A DNA stretch of 63,760 nucleotides, counting the filler, from Phoronis australis (taxonomy: Eukaryota > Animalia > Phoronida), in assembly GCA_002633005.1 (NCBI GenBank). It is 6 parts of 6 records of this genome, joined end to end, with 100 filler letters (N's around TTAATTAATTAA, not from the genome) between each part and the next. Parts side by side here need not be neighbours in the genome. Positions count along the whole stretch, not along the records: positions 45,886 to 61,892 come from NMRA01000667.1; positions 61,993 to 63,760 come from NMRA01001007.1; 4 more parts are not named here. The stretch is one strand, 5' to 3'. Shown here piece after piece: positions 51,740 through 63,760 of this stretch. The translations under genes and the position numbers were made by a program. Numbering within the stretch: position 1 is the first letter of the stretch; every line of letters begins with the position of its first letter. The notes below the pieces were generated by a model. That model ran no database searches and was not told the origin of the DNA. It worked only from the letters and a program-made list of their open reading frames with translations.

Positions 51740-54700
51740 GAAAACGAAGATTACTTTCGCCATTTCCAAGATGGCGGACAAAATGGCCACCAGATTTGCA
51801 GATGACCATTGTAACTCGAGAATGGAATGTGATAGCGTAAAAATTCAAAACGGTTTACCTTTATTTTGTGGGTCAACAAATTTAGTGGAAATAGTTTTGC
51901 ATGGCTGTGGTGACACCATCCGCCATATTCCAAGATGGCCTCCGAAACTATTTTGAGTCGCACAACTTCGCACGAACAGATTAGTATGTCGTCTTGATTC
52001 AAACATTGCATCATAGGTTTTCTGGGTCGACTAATCCATTGAGACTCATTGCATTTGGCTCTAATGATTACTTCCACCATTTTCTAAGATGGCCACCAAA
52101 TAGTTGCTTCATGTAAGAGCTTCAGATTCCAGAGACACGCCATCTTCACAGATTTCATATCCTGAATTTTTAGGTCAGCACGACCATTACAATAATTTTT
52201 GTCTGGCTCTGATGATTACGACTACCATTTTCAAGATTGTTTGACGAATAATAACTTATTTGGGTGAAAAACATCAGGTTCGCCTGGACTGAAGGATCAT
52301 TCCCCTCCTGAACAAATGTGCTGTATCGAAAATAACTTTCTGCGATTAACTTAGTGATCTACTATCCACACCGCCTGTGTCACCTCCAGTCAGTTGTAAA
52401 TGCTAGTGAATACAGCAACAGGTGAGACAGGAGAAAGGCTAGGTATGTTTAGCAAGTTAAACAGTTTATAATGTAAGTGCTTACACAGCTCCCACTAGGC
52501 GTCTCCTTAGTGATATTACAAGTCTGTCTGAAGCAGTCATTCTCAGTCTGTGATCAACATCTGTACACAATCAACCAGTATTTACACAACTAATCTCTGT
52601 CAACTGAGAATGAATTGTTGCAGCTTAAACCACGGCATTCTCCAAATGCAACCGAGCACGGCAATCCTAACTTCTTGCAAGAGCATATCTTGGAACAACA
52701 GTTGGTCTTACACGAGCATCTTACTACTTTCAGCAGGTTCTTTGGTGCTGCTGACTGGTCCGTCGTCGTGGGAATGAATTTTCCACCTGCCAGCATCTGT
52801 CCCCAATACAGCGCGTCTAGGCCACTGCCACGGAAACTTGACCACTCTTGCTCTTGATAATATGTCCCGGCACAATGGAATTTAGCTAATGAAGAAAGTG
52901 GTGGTAATGGCTGTATTTGGACTGGGGCTAGTCTGACACCTCATCTACAAATCGCCTGCATCGCAAGTCATCCAAATTTCCAGAGCCAGTACCGCCATAA
53001 AGCAAAGGCACAACTCTTACCAGCTTCAAATATGTCTTGCTTCAGCTGCATGGGTCTAGTGAATACTCTAGCGTTTTCGCAGAATTCTCGATCATGCAGT
53101 TTCTTGAATGGGAGAGCCTTTGCATGCGCAAATGGGAAAACTGCGCAAGTTTCGGCTCCACGAGACAACTCTAGTTTCTTGATGTCCCAGACTCTCCTCT
53201 TGCTTTGGTGTCTCTTGTCAGATTTCGTGAACATTGGAAATTGTTGTGAAGTAGCATTGTAACTCAAAAGAACCAACAAGTCTGTATCGTCTGCAATAAG
53301 GGTAGTTGGACCTTGTGCTGCGCTCTCTACTGCTGTTTCTACTTATTACAATTAAAACATCAGCGTAACGTTGAGCTTGTACCACTGTGCAAGCAGCATT
53401 TCCTAACAAACTTGAAAAGAAGCGATTGAGTCGTTTTTTGTTTTAGCTAATTGCCAAAAATGTTCTAACATTGGCTTGATCACCATGTCACCATTGCAGT
53501 GAACTTCACTTCCAACTACCCCACTATACTCTTCGAACATTGGAAACATCTTTAGTTGATCGTTCATCTCAGTAACCATCAAAACAACAATGAGCTGGGT
53601 GCACTTGCTGATGTAATCCACATAAGCTCTGCCAAACGACTGAAACGTTGCACCTCTAGGCCATGGAATACGGTGAAGGAGAGAACCGCTGTCAATTACA
53701 CGCATCACCGTGTTTTCTGGAAACTGACATCCTCAGGTAGTCCCCCACTGGACAAGACTGCATCAGCTAATATTGATTCATCACAGACTCTGGGAAGACC
53801 AGATGTATCAAAACGAGCAGGGGATCCAACAAACAGCTTAAACCTCAAAAGGCTTCATGAACTTTTACTGTTGTCTTTTGCAGCTGTCAGTATTCGCTGA
53901 AGTAACAGTCGTGAATCCACTTGTGTAAAATCACTATTAGCAACAAGAAGTGATTGACTTGTCATTGCCACAACCTTGTCTTTCTTTCTGAATGTGAAGT
54001 CTTTCACACTTGACCCCTCCATAGACAAGCGAATCGTCATCCCCACTTCTCTGCCATTTTTGGCATTGACGCGCGTGCCTGCAGTTACACCAGTGACGAT
54101 GTTCTGTAATGTTTCTCTTCAAAATGGGTTTCTATTGTGGAGGAAATCAACAAGGCTGCGGATGTCTTTGTCGTCACGCGACTGTCTTGCCTGGGTACAT
54201 TCTTTATGCTGCTGACATCTTTCACAACTCAATTTTGTCACAGTTTGCATGGCACCATTGAGAATGCCGGCAAGGAAAGCAGCCACGGTGCACTCTGCTT
54301 ATCTCCCATTTCGCAACCTCTAGTTATAGCTCCTGGTGCTTTAATACATTTCATGAGCGTTTATTCAATTACAAGATCATATGACAGGCCTGCCCAAAAT
54401 CTGTCACTTTGTCTTATGACATCTGGACGGGTGTCTTTGAGTTGCTGCGTCTGCTGCAAGTATATGTATGCAGATTTTGCATAAGAGTTGTGAACAGCAG
54501 CTGCAACGTAAGGCAGAATTTCAAAAATTGCTTTTATGTGAAGCTCCCAATCTGAGGTTATTTGTGCTTTTAAAAAAGTCGAAGGATGTCAATCACCTTC
54601 ATACTGTAGCCAAAGACAAATGATTCGACTTTGCAAGGACAAGTCCAATTTATGTGCTTCGATTTTTATGGATACCTACAAGACACTCCGACGAGCATAC

Positions 54701-55060
54701 ATCGCCGCACACAGACGTCATGCCAGAAATAAGATCATCATACAGCTTCAGACCACCTCTCAAATCATCATCAAGTATATCATTGGCCATTGATTCTTCT
54801 GACGAACTATTCTCTGTCACTGCGAATTCTGGAGACCTATACTCTGATCCAGTCGTGCTTGAATATACCAGTGGCAGTAGGTCGGAAGCCAGAAGTAAAT
54901 TCTCGAGAGGGTATTCCACTGTAGTTCAAGGTTCAGAATCGGAAGACACTGGCTATGCATTGCATGACACAGCGTATACATCTAGTTATGTGATCAGTTG
55001 GGATGGTTGAAGAATTTGTCTCCAGATTCTAACGAGCCAACATTGGTGTACAAGCATTGA
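51740..55060 (-). pseudogene. Academ-type DNA transposon A, 3' part (transposase, XPG-like nuclease, Cys-rich tail), decayed
   Basis: Motifs DWELH..HNSYAKSAYIYLQ, WAGLSYDLVIE, VIDSGSLLHRIPW..VVFDGY, QAQRYADVLIV, IADDTDLLVLL, AAPKNLLKVVRCSCKTNCCSKICSCKKLGLPCSVAFGECRG; subterminal AAGATGGC/AAAATGGC repeats at 51760-52100. Confidence 0.72.
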
Positions 55061-55064
55061 ATTG

Positions 55065-55846
55065 CCCCCCCCCCCTTCTTGGCACGAAATCAGTGTGTTC
55101 TGCGTTGTCGACATTCGGGACTCTTGGGATTCCTGAAGAACCGGAACTTCTTCTTTTATTGGTTCTGGATTGACGTTACTTCTGTTTCTGTTTCTGTTTC
55201 TGTTTCAGTGGTGACGTCAGAGGGTAGGCACCGGGATAGTCTCTGGCCCTCCTCCTTCCAGTATCGCACGCAATGTAAATTTGGAGATGCAACCAAGTTC
55301 GTTCTGGTTGCACACTCTTCGATCTTTTCCCCTGATACGAGTTTTTGCTGTATCTCCGTATTGCAATCCTCGCTCTATGAGGCGCTTTGTTTCCCATCTC
55401 TCCTGCTGTTGTACAATCTCGGCATCTGTAAGCGATTCACGCACTCTGGAGATTATATCTGCTGGTGTGAGGCGCAGGTCGGCAATCGGTTCTGCGATGT
55501 CTGCAAGCTCATCCGCCTTGTCGTTTAATGAGATGCCACAGTGTCCTGGAATATAAACACTGGTGAAGAGACCATTAACAGAGCTGAACAGAGAGATCCA
55601 GGAATCTTTCACATGACCGGTTTTTAGCCTGCTCATGAGGCTGAGGGAGTCTGCAAGTAGAAATGATCTGTCTTCAGGTGTTGTGTTCTGTGAGAGCCAG
55701 ACTAGGGCGTCTTCATATGCTTCACATTCAGCTCTAAAAGACGAGGATTTTCCAACCCGTGCTGTTGACCATTCGATGAGGCGTTGATCCTCGCGAGTCC
55801 AAGCAACTGCTGCCCAAGCCGTAGTGTCACCTCTTAGTGAGCCTTC
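55065..55846 (-). pseudogene. Non-LTR retrotransposon 3' part with RNase H domain
   Basis: Open frame EGSLRGDTTAWAAV..SSFRAECEAYEDAL..LADSLSL..YIPGHCGISLNDKADELA (RNase H catalytic motifs), then an (ACAGAA)n tract and AATAAA. Confidence 0.85.
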
Positions 55847-58517
55847 TAGTCCAGGCCCTTAACCCGAAAACGTTTACATCTCGGATTAAAGCACCAAATT
55901 TGGCACACTGGTACTTTTTGACATGCTGAATATCATGGGGGTCGGTTGCCCAAATTTTGAGGTCAAGGTCAAATCTCGAAAAACAAAATGGACGCCAATC
56001 AATTAACACATATTTGGTTGCTTAAAGAGATGATCACACATTTTAAGGCTATAGGTAATGGTACCGGAAATCTATCAAAATGACATTGCAATATATTTCC
56101 TCATAATATGAAAAACCTTCATTTGCATAAGTCCAATATGGCGGCCAAAATTTAACTAACCAACTACAATTTTAACAAAAGCATCTATTTTGGTCTGGTG
56201 CAAGACTAATAATACAAATACAAATAGGTTCTCTTACCAAAAATGAACTAGATTTATCATTGATTTATACAATTATTATGAAAATTCGGTTGATGTTATA
56301 ATAAAGAGGCCAAGATATGCATAGCACCTGACAGACTACCAAAAACTCAGAGGCCAGCTTTGATAAATGACGTTAATATGCTTGTTCTAGCTCCTGTCTA
56401 CATAATATAAACCGATTGTCAACTGCTTATAATATCACCACAATAAATCGTATTATTGTCAAATTGTTACTGTAGCTCACAGAATTCAATTAATACTATC
56501 ATCTGTTCCTTTGTGCCACAACAAACCATGTCACTGACATGTTCCCTGGCATTTGCAAAGTGTTGTGCATGCTAAGGAATTACATCCACATCACTTGCCG
56601 CATAGTTGTAAGCTCTTGCAACCAAACTTAATGAGCTGCAGACCAGCTTTGGAGACTTCAGACATGTCTGTCCAGCCTGGTGTCCATTGTTTGTCTGTGT
56701 CTCTCTGCCATCCAAACCCCTCTGGACCCCTCTGCCAGCTTGATACAAGTGGAGATTGGGTAAGCGATATATTTGGCATGATCTGAATTTTTGAAGGAAA
56801 GCTCCTTTTGTAAAGTATTGACCTGGTTGGTTTTGGCTTTTCGATCATAAACGAGACATGTAAATGTCATTTCTTTTGAACTCTTGACTGTCGCTGGTGA
56901 GTTGCTGAAAGGAATTAAAATTGCCGGCATGAGAATGCCTGCGTAGCATCAGGGTTAGCTTTCCATGTCTTCCATGCTGTTTTCTTTCCTTCTCCATAGA
57001 ACTCAGGATGTTGTGTACGACCCTGTTAAGGCATGGAACTGGTAGAGCTACACAAAAATCGTACCCAAGCTGGTCAAACACGCTACTGGCAAAGAGCTCC
57101 CGCGCGTTCTTTCCAGCTTTAACCACTACTCGTACTAGAATTGCTGGCTGCAAAGCCTTAAACTGGTCAAAACATCAATAAGAACGACCACAGCATCAGT
57201 ATCCACTGTAGTAAACAGTATTCTCTGATTACCTTTGTTGAAACGTCTGCAATGTACAAGCACATAGTGGTGTCCGACTCCTTATGATCGCACGGTGGTA
57301 TGTCAGAACCAGAGGAAAGAACAGACTGGCCGTAGGTAACGTATATATCTTGTTCTGGAGAACAGGCGATTGCCAAGATATCTTCAGCTAACAGCACAAA
57401 CAATTCCTCTTTATTCTTCGAGTTTTGCGAGAAATTCCGGAAGTTCATAGACAGTTGCATTTGGGGTGAAAGTTTGGCAAGGTCACCCGAACCTCTGTCA
57501 GCTTTTGCGGAGGCCTTCAGGCTGCCTTCGGTGTAAGCATCTGCAAACACAATGTCAACTTACCAGTGTTCACCGAACTGTACGAATGTCACTGATTCGT
57601 TTGGAGAAAAGCTGTGCACAATAGCTGGTCGATCAAAGACTTTGACATCGACGGATTCTGGAACGTCTGGATGAGAAATTTCAACATGTTAAGTAACTGT
57701 GACTTCTGTGAAGGTGAACGGAGACTGACGTTTTGGTTCAGGGATGGTGGCCACGAATGATTCTCATGCAGAAGAAAATCATCCAGGTTAGCTTCTAGAA
57801 ATTGACTAGCTACAAAAAGCTGACTAAGCTGCAGTCGTTCTTGATGTCTTCCATGCGTTGCTGAGTTGCTCTTTTTGCCTTCCCGCTAGCCTTTTTGAAA
57901 ACAGCAAACTTGTTTTTTCTTGATAGGAGTCTTTATTGGTTGTGACTTTACAATTAGGACTGTTTGCTTATAGTTGTCATATTGCTGTTTTCCAGTCACT
58001 TCGATAGTCTGAAGACTTGTAGCGTATCTATCGTCATACGTTTATCACTATGGTCAAAGAAAGGGTTTCTCTTGGCTGAAATTACATCTTATACCACACA
58101 AACTTTTCACATGGTTTTTAAAGTTGTTCTGGAAGGATGTCCTGTCTTTGTGGTAGCTAGTCTACTCAATATTGTTTTCAAAACGCTATTGACAATCAAA
58201 CTCAGTCACCAACCAGGCTAGCTCGCTCCCAAACACTATTTACCCTGTCAAAGCGTTTGGATTTTCAGTTAATCCAATAGCCCCGTCACTGTCTTTGACT
58301 AAGGCTTTATTTTGTTGATCCGCTTGGTCAATTGCAATAGCACAGAATCTTTACATTGTCTTTGAAAACACTCAGTGTTTCTTCAGATGTTGTCGTAAGT
58401 TAGCTGACATAGCTGTCATGTCTTGAATGTGGAAAGGGACCCATCTTGCATAATTTTGTAGGTCAGGAGCAAGGAAATAGAACACAGAAAATTCAAGGAC
58501 ATAAATGTACAGTGAAA
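55847..58517 (-). mobile_element. Academ-type DNA transposon B fragment with one intact terminus
   Basis: Terminus TAGTCCAGGCCCTTAACCCGAAAACGTTTACATC at 55847. Relic motifs NYARWVPFHIQDM, IAIDQA..GAIGLTENP, CDHKESDTTM..VDTD and PEGFGW..WTDMSEVSKAGLQLIKFGCK plus a Cys tail. Confidence 0.75.
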
Positions 58518-58953
58518 AGTTGCAACAATGATTGTGGGAGATTGTTCTTCAAGCCATTCCGATACAGTTGCTTGGTTGATGCAGTCAGCTCTCTCCCGCC
58601 AATGACGGCCTCCAATCTCCATGGTGTTGATGACAAAGTTTGTGGCTTTGGACCACTCTATGCTGTTGATACTCGATCTCCACCGGACATTCCTCCTCGA
58701 CAAGCTCTCTAGCTCTGATAACCCATGATTGAACAGTTTTCGGCCTCTGTGCAGTGTGCTCATCACTATGCTCTCTCAAGTCCAGGTACAGAGGACGAGA
58801 GTTGGTTGTAGCTGCCTTTAGGAATGTTTGGGCTGCTAGTGTCTTCTGTTTAGTACGGATGCTATTGACACCTAACCAGTATTGGAGACTGTCTACCGGA
58901 GTGGGTCTAACTGCACTGGTTACTATCCTCATGGCCTGGTTTTGAATCCTCTG
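58518..58953 (-). pseudogene. Upstream part (RT thumb/connection) of the same RNase H-bearing LINE
   Basis: RIQNQAMRIVTSAVRPTPVDSLQYWLGV... ends EWLEEQSPTIIVAT, which joins EGSLRG at 55846 to rebuild the IVATDGS-like RNase H start. Confidence 0.8.
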
Positions 58954-59800
58954 ACGTTACTTGTTCTGTCAATATTTGGAAGTGGGACATAAAGATCACA
59001 CTGTTTGATGCATGCACCGTCTCAAGAACTTCTTGAAGCCCTGTGCCTGACATTACATATGCAAATACATCCCAGAAAGTTCATCTCAGTATGAAATCTG
59101 CCAAGCCTGGCTAAGAACAAGTGATTGCCGATCACTGTCGTTTTGTTTGCTGGCACTAATTTCCTCTAAAATCAGGTATCTATGTTCATAAAAAGTATGC
59201 ATATTAAACAAATTGTGAGTACTAAATGTTAAAATTTAATTATTAACTTTTTGCTGCACAATTTTGTCTGCTTTTCATCCAATTTAGATGAAATCAACAG
59301 CCAAATTCTCAACACGTGCCAGCAGCAGACGAAATCATTGCTTAGGAACATCTAATAATATCTCCAATAGTAGAGAAGAAAGCCACTTCCTGCCCAATTT
59401 TATTCAGGGTTTGTGTAATGAATAAGCCATAACTCGACCAGAATTTCATATTTCTCTAAGACTTATTATTTTTGATACCTCAAATGAATATATTTTACAG
59501 AAAAATAATTGAGTGTGTGAAATTTATTATGAAAATTTAACTAAAGCCTTTTCTGAAAAATATAACAAATTTTATGTTATGTAATCTAAAATGTGATTAA
59601 AATTCTAAATTTAGTGTCTAAATCTGAAAAACAATTAATTATAGAAACAATCAACTCATTAACCCTGACTGTAGATTGTAAAATCTTTTTGTGTAAATGC
59701 CTATTAGGTTACAAACAAAGTTTGCAGAATTGGGGTTTTGTAAATTGGCGGCCATTTTGGCGGCCATTTTGTCAGCCACCTTCATTTTTTCTCTCCAACC
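58954..59800 (-). pseudogene. Academ-type transposon A, 5' part
   Basis: RLGRFHTEMNFLGCI..SGTGLQEVLETVHASNSV (LGGFH motif, frameshifted) and GGCGGCCATTTTG subterminal repeats at ~59750-59770. Confidence 0.6.
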
Positions 59801-59814
59801 AGTGACCAATTGTA

Positions 59815-61892
59815 AGGTCCAGATATTTTCAATTGTCTAAGTCGAATGTGCTACACAAGAAGAGGAAAACCAAAGACACCGGAACACTCATTTTGGAAGA
59901 TCTTACTGCGACAAACTATTCCTTGTTGAAACAATCCTTCAAGCATGAACAAGTGGACAGTTTGTGGAGCACCAATGGCAAAATATTTGTGAAGCTAAAG
60001 AGCGGCGCCATCAAGAGAATTAATTCCTTAGACGACATATAAGCAGTATTACGCCCCGCGACATTGTTGTGTGACAAATGAATCGAACCCAGAAAAGCTT
60101 TCCGGAGATTGATTGACGATCATATGGAACTGAACTTTTTTGTTTCTTTGTTGTTTGTTTCCCCCCTTCCCCCGGTTGTGAATGGTAAGTGTGTGAATGA
60201 GATAGGTAATCGTTATTATTTGGGAGTGATATCACTTGATGCATATTTTGTATTAGATCTCTTGAGAGTAGGCATTGAGGTGCTCTATTGTTTTGAAGAT
60301 GAATAATTTAAAACTGGTATCCTTAAATGTCCGGGGATTAAATTCAGATATTAAGTTGAAACATTTATTGAATTTCATATCTCATAGCAAATTCAATATT
60401 GTTTATTTACAGGAAACGTATTTTAGTCCAGAAGTTGAACATATTCTGCGAAAAGAGTGGAATGGTATTAATTTTTCAAGCTTTGGAACACAAAATAGTA
60501 GAGGAACCACTATATTATTTGATTCTAATATTTCGCAAAACTTTAGGAATATTGTGGTAAAAAACGATGAAAATGGTCGCTTCAATATTGTTTCATGTAA
60601 ACTCTATGAGGAAGATTTCGTTTTTGTTAATGTGTATTTCCCAAACGATTTAAGAAATCAACTGATCTTCCTGTCTAGACATGAAAGTGAATTGAGTGAC
60701 CTTCAATTATGTAATGTCCTCTGTGCTGGCGATTTTAACTGCCCACTCACTGACTTGGACAAACTTGGGGTAACTGACGTCCTCCATAAGAAAAAGCTTA
60801 TTGACAATATTCGTAATTTCTGTAGAAATTTTAGTTTAATAGATGTATGGAGGATGAGAAACCCTGGGATAAGGAAGTACTCGTGGAGAGATAAACAATT
60901 AAAAGCTCAAAGTAGACTAGACTATTGGCTAGTTGACATTGTTATGTCTTCAAGATGTCAGTCTAATATAATTAATGATTTTATATATTCCGATCAATCA
61001 GCTATCACACTCAGTGTTAATATTGGTAACTCTCATCGAGGACCGGGTTTGTGGAAATTAAATAATAACTTACTTCTTATAAAGGAGTACGTGGATGAGA
61101 TCGGAACAATTATTTCTGATCATCACATGACGGAGAACCAAGAAGATAAAAACTTGTCTTGGGATATTTTAAAAATGAAAGTTAGACAGAAGTCCATACA
61201 AATTTCAAAACGCGTACGTACTAGAAATAGAGAACAGGAACAGTTATTAATAGATCAAATAAATAAATTAACTACACAAGTCGAAAAAGAATCAAGAAAT
61301 CACCCGTTGCAGTGCGAATTAAAGAAATGTAAATTAAGCCTAGAAATTTTACAAACTCAAGTATTAAAAGGTAGTATTGTTAGAAGTAAAGCTCAGTGGG
61401 TGGAAGAAAGTGAAACAAACTCTAAATATTTTTTAAATCTTGAAAAACGTAACCATGGTAAAAAACATATTATAGAATTGGAGTCAAATGGCAGGGTTAC
61501 CCAAGATCCAAAAGAGATACAAAACATTCAGCGAGCTTTTTATTAGGCTCTTTATTCTGAAAAAGACTATGAAGATATTAATTTCCCTGATATATTCACT
61601 CTTCCTAGTAATAAAATACTGACAGCTGACCAGTCCATGTTATTAGAACAAGAGATCACAGAAGATGAACTCTATGAAGCCTTAAAACAATCCCAAAATA
61701 ATAAAACACCAGGCAATGACGGTTTAGGACATGAATTTTATAAAACATTTTGGGATACTATTAAACTGTACCTTTTGGAATGTATAAATTATAGTTTTAA
61801 AACAAGAAAATTTTCAACCTCCCAAAGGCAAAGTGTCATTACACTTATCCCCAAGAGTACAAATACAGAGGATTAAAAAATCTGGAAAATTG
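59815..61892 (+). mobile_element. L1/Tx1-clade LINE (ORF1 C-terminus and ORF2 5' part), cut by gap
   Basis: ORF1 tail ILEDLT..WSTNGKIFVK..KRINSLDDI (59833-60042) followed by ORF2. Confidence 0.88.
60299..61876 (+). pseudogene. LINE ORF2: APE endonuclease and start of reverse transcriptase, with premature stop
   Basis: SLNVRGLN, LQETY, NVYFPN, AGDFN, LIDVWR, SRLDYWLV, SDQ, GPGLWKLN and KYFLNLEK. An in-frame TAG at 61544-61546 is followed by continued homology (KTPGNDGLGHEFYKTFW..SVITLIPK). Confidence 0.92.
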
Positions 61893-61992
61893 NNNNNNNN
61901 NNNNNNNNNNNNNNNNNNNNNNNNNNNNNNNNNNNNTTAATTAATTAANNNNNNNNNNNNNNNNNNNNNNNNNNNNNNNNNNNNNNNNNNNN

Positions 61993-63760
61993 AGTGTAGT
62001 GGAGGTCAGTGGGGGCCACTGGAGGAATGTGGAAACCAGTGGATGCCAGTGGAGGCAAGTGGAACACACTGAATTTCAGTGTATTCCAGTGGAGACCAGT
62101 GGAGGCCAGTCGAGGGCAGTGAAGGTCAGTGGAGACCAGTGCAGGCCAGTGCAGGCCAGTGGAGTAGGCCAGTCTAGACAGGTGGAGGCCAGTGGAGGCC
62201 AGTGTAATCCAGAGGATGCCAGTGGAGGCCCAAGCAGGCCACTGGAGGCCCGTGCAGGCCACTGGAGGCAAGTGCAGAGCAGTGGAGGACAGTGGAGGCC
62301 AGTGGAGGCCAGTGAAGGGCAGTGGAGACCACTGGAGGCCAGTGGAGTCTAGTGGAGACCAGTGGAGGCCAGTTTAGGCCGGTGAAACCACTGGATGCAA
62401 GCGGAGGCCAGGGGAGGCCAGTAGAGGAAAGTGGAGGCCAGTGGAGACTTGTGGAGGCCAGTGGAGCCCAGTGGAGTAGGCCAGTCTAGGCCACTGGAGG
62501 CCAGTGGAGTCTAGTAGAGACCAGTGGAGGCCAGTCTAGGCCGGTGAAGCCACTGGATGCAAGCGGAGGCCAGGGGAGGCCAGTAGAGGAAAGTGGAGGC
62601 CAGTGGAAACCAGTGGAGGCCAGTGGGGGCCACTGGAGGACAGTGGAGGCCAGTGGAGGCCAGTCTTAGCCAGTGGAGGCCAGTGGAGGCCAGTCTAAGC
62701 CAGTGGAGGTCAGTGCAGGCCACTGGAGGCCAGTGCAGGCCACTGGAGGACAGTGGAGGCCAGTGGAGACCAGTAGAGGAAAGTGGAGGCCAGTGGAGAC
62801 TTGTGGAGGCCAGTGGAGCCCAGTGGAGTAGGGCAGTCTAGGCCACTGGAGGCCAGTGCAGTCCAGAGGATGCCTGTGGAAGCCCAAGCAGGCCACTGCA
62901 GGACATTGGAGGCCAGTGGAGACCAGTAGAGGACAGTGAAGGCCAGTGGAGACTTGTGGAGGCCAGTGGAGTCCAGTGGACGCCAGTGGAATCTAGTGGA
63001 GACCTGTCTAGGCCAGTGGAGGCCGGTGGAGGCCGCTGAGGCCACTGGAGGCAAGCGGAGGCCAAAGGAGGCCAGTGGTGGCTATGGGAGGCCAGTGGAG
63101 GCCAGTTGAGACCAGTGGAGGACCTTGGAGTCCAGTGGAGGCCAGTGGAGGCCACTGGAGGCAAGTGGAGGCCAGTTGAGCCCAGTGGAGACCAGTGGAG
63201 GCCCGTGGAGGACAGTGGAGGCCACTGGAGGCCAGTGGAGGACAGTGGACTACAGTGGAGGCCAGTGGATGTCAGTGGTGGCCAGTGAAGGCCATTGGAG
63301 GGCAGTGGTGTCCAGTGGAGGCGAGTGGAGGACACTGGAGGCCAGTGGAGGCCAGTGGTGGCCAGTTGAGGCCAGTGGAGGACAGCGGAGTCCAGTGGAG
63401 GCAAGTGGAGGACAGTGCATTCCAGTGTAGGCCAGAGAAGTCCAGTGGAGGCCAGTAGAGGGAAGTGGCGGCCAGTGGAGGCTAGTGCAGGCCAGTGGTG
63501 GCCAGTGGAGGCGAGTGGAGGACAGAGGAAGCAAGTGGTGGCCAGTGGAGGCCAGTGGAGGCCACTGGAGGCCAATGGAGGCCAGTTGAGACCAGTGGAA
63601 GACAGTGGAGTCCAGTGGAGGCCAGTGGAGGCCTGTGGAGGCCGGTGGAGGCCTGTGGAGGCCGGTGGAGGCCGGTGGAGGCCTGTGGAGGCCGGTGGAA
63701 GCCAGAGGAGGCCAGTGGAGGCCAGTGGAGGCCAGTGGAGGCCAGAGGAGGCCAGTGCAG
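61993..63760. repeat. 10-bp minisatellite, consensus GGCCAGTGGA
   Basis: Continuous ~1.77-kb array of CCAGTGGAGG variants running to the window end. Confidence 0.97.

Noticed and set aside
61945-63575. Long ORFs (up to 245 aa) with STGLHWPPLA / QWRPVEASGG repeats
   Set aside because: They are translations of a stop-poor 10-bp minisatellite in several frames on both strands.

Overview
AT-rich, repeat-dense animal genomic DNA, most consistent with a marine invertebrate draft scaffold; five 100-nt gaps carry an artificial TTAATTAATTAA spacer. Two host genes are supported. One is a multi-exon CLASRP (SFRS16) orthologue on + with 11 reconstructed coding exons (37729-45785), cut by a gap. The other is an intronless rhodopsin-class, FMRFamide-receptor-like GPCR (49309-50346, +). 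Most of the remainder is nested transposable element debris: a Sola3-like transposase relic, a Gypsy LTR element with target-site duplication (TSD), Kolobok elements (THAP transposase plus a convergent P2X7-ballast-like ORF), Tc1/mariner-, hAT-like and PIF/Harbinger MITEs, two Academ transposase relics interleaved with an RNase H-bearing LINE, an L1/Tx1 LINE and a 10-bp minisatellite. The most notable structure is a Helentron-type non-autonomous element (DINE-1/pearl-like) present in four copies. Its ~450-bp internal repeat is a trimer of ~150-bp subunits, each carrying a co-oriented CTCF-consensus-like motif. All family assignments come from motif recognition by eye, not database searches.
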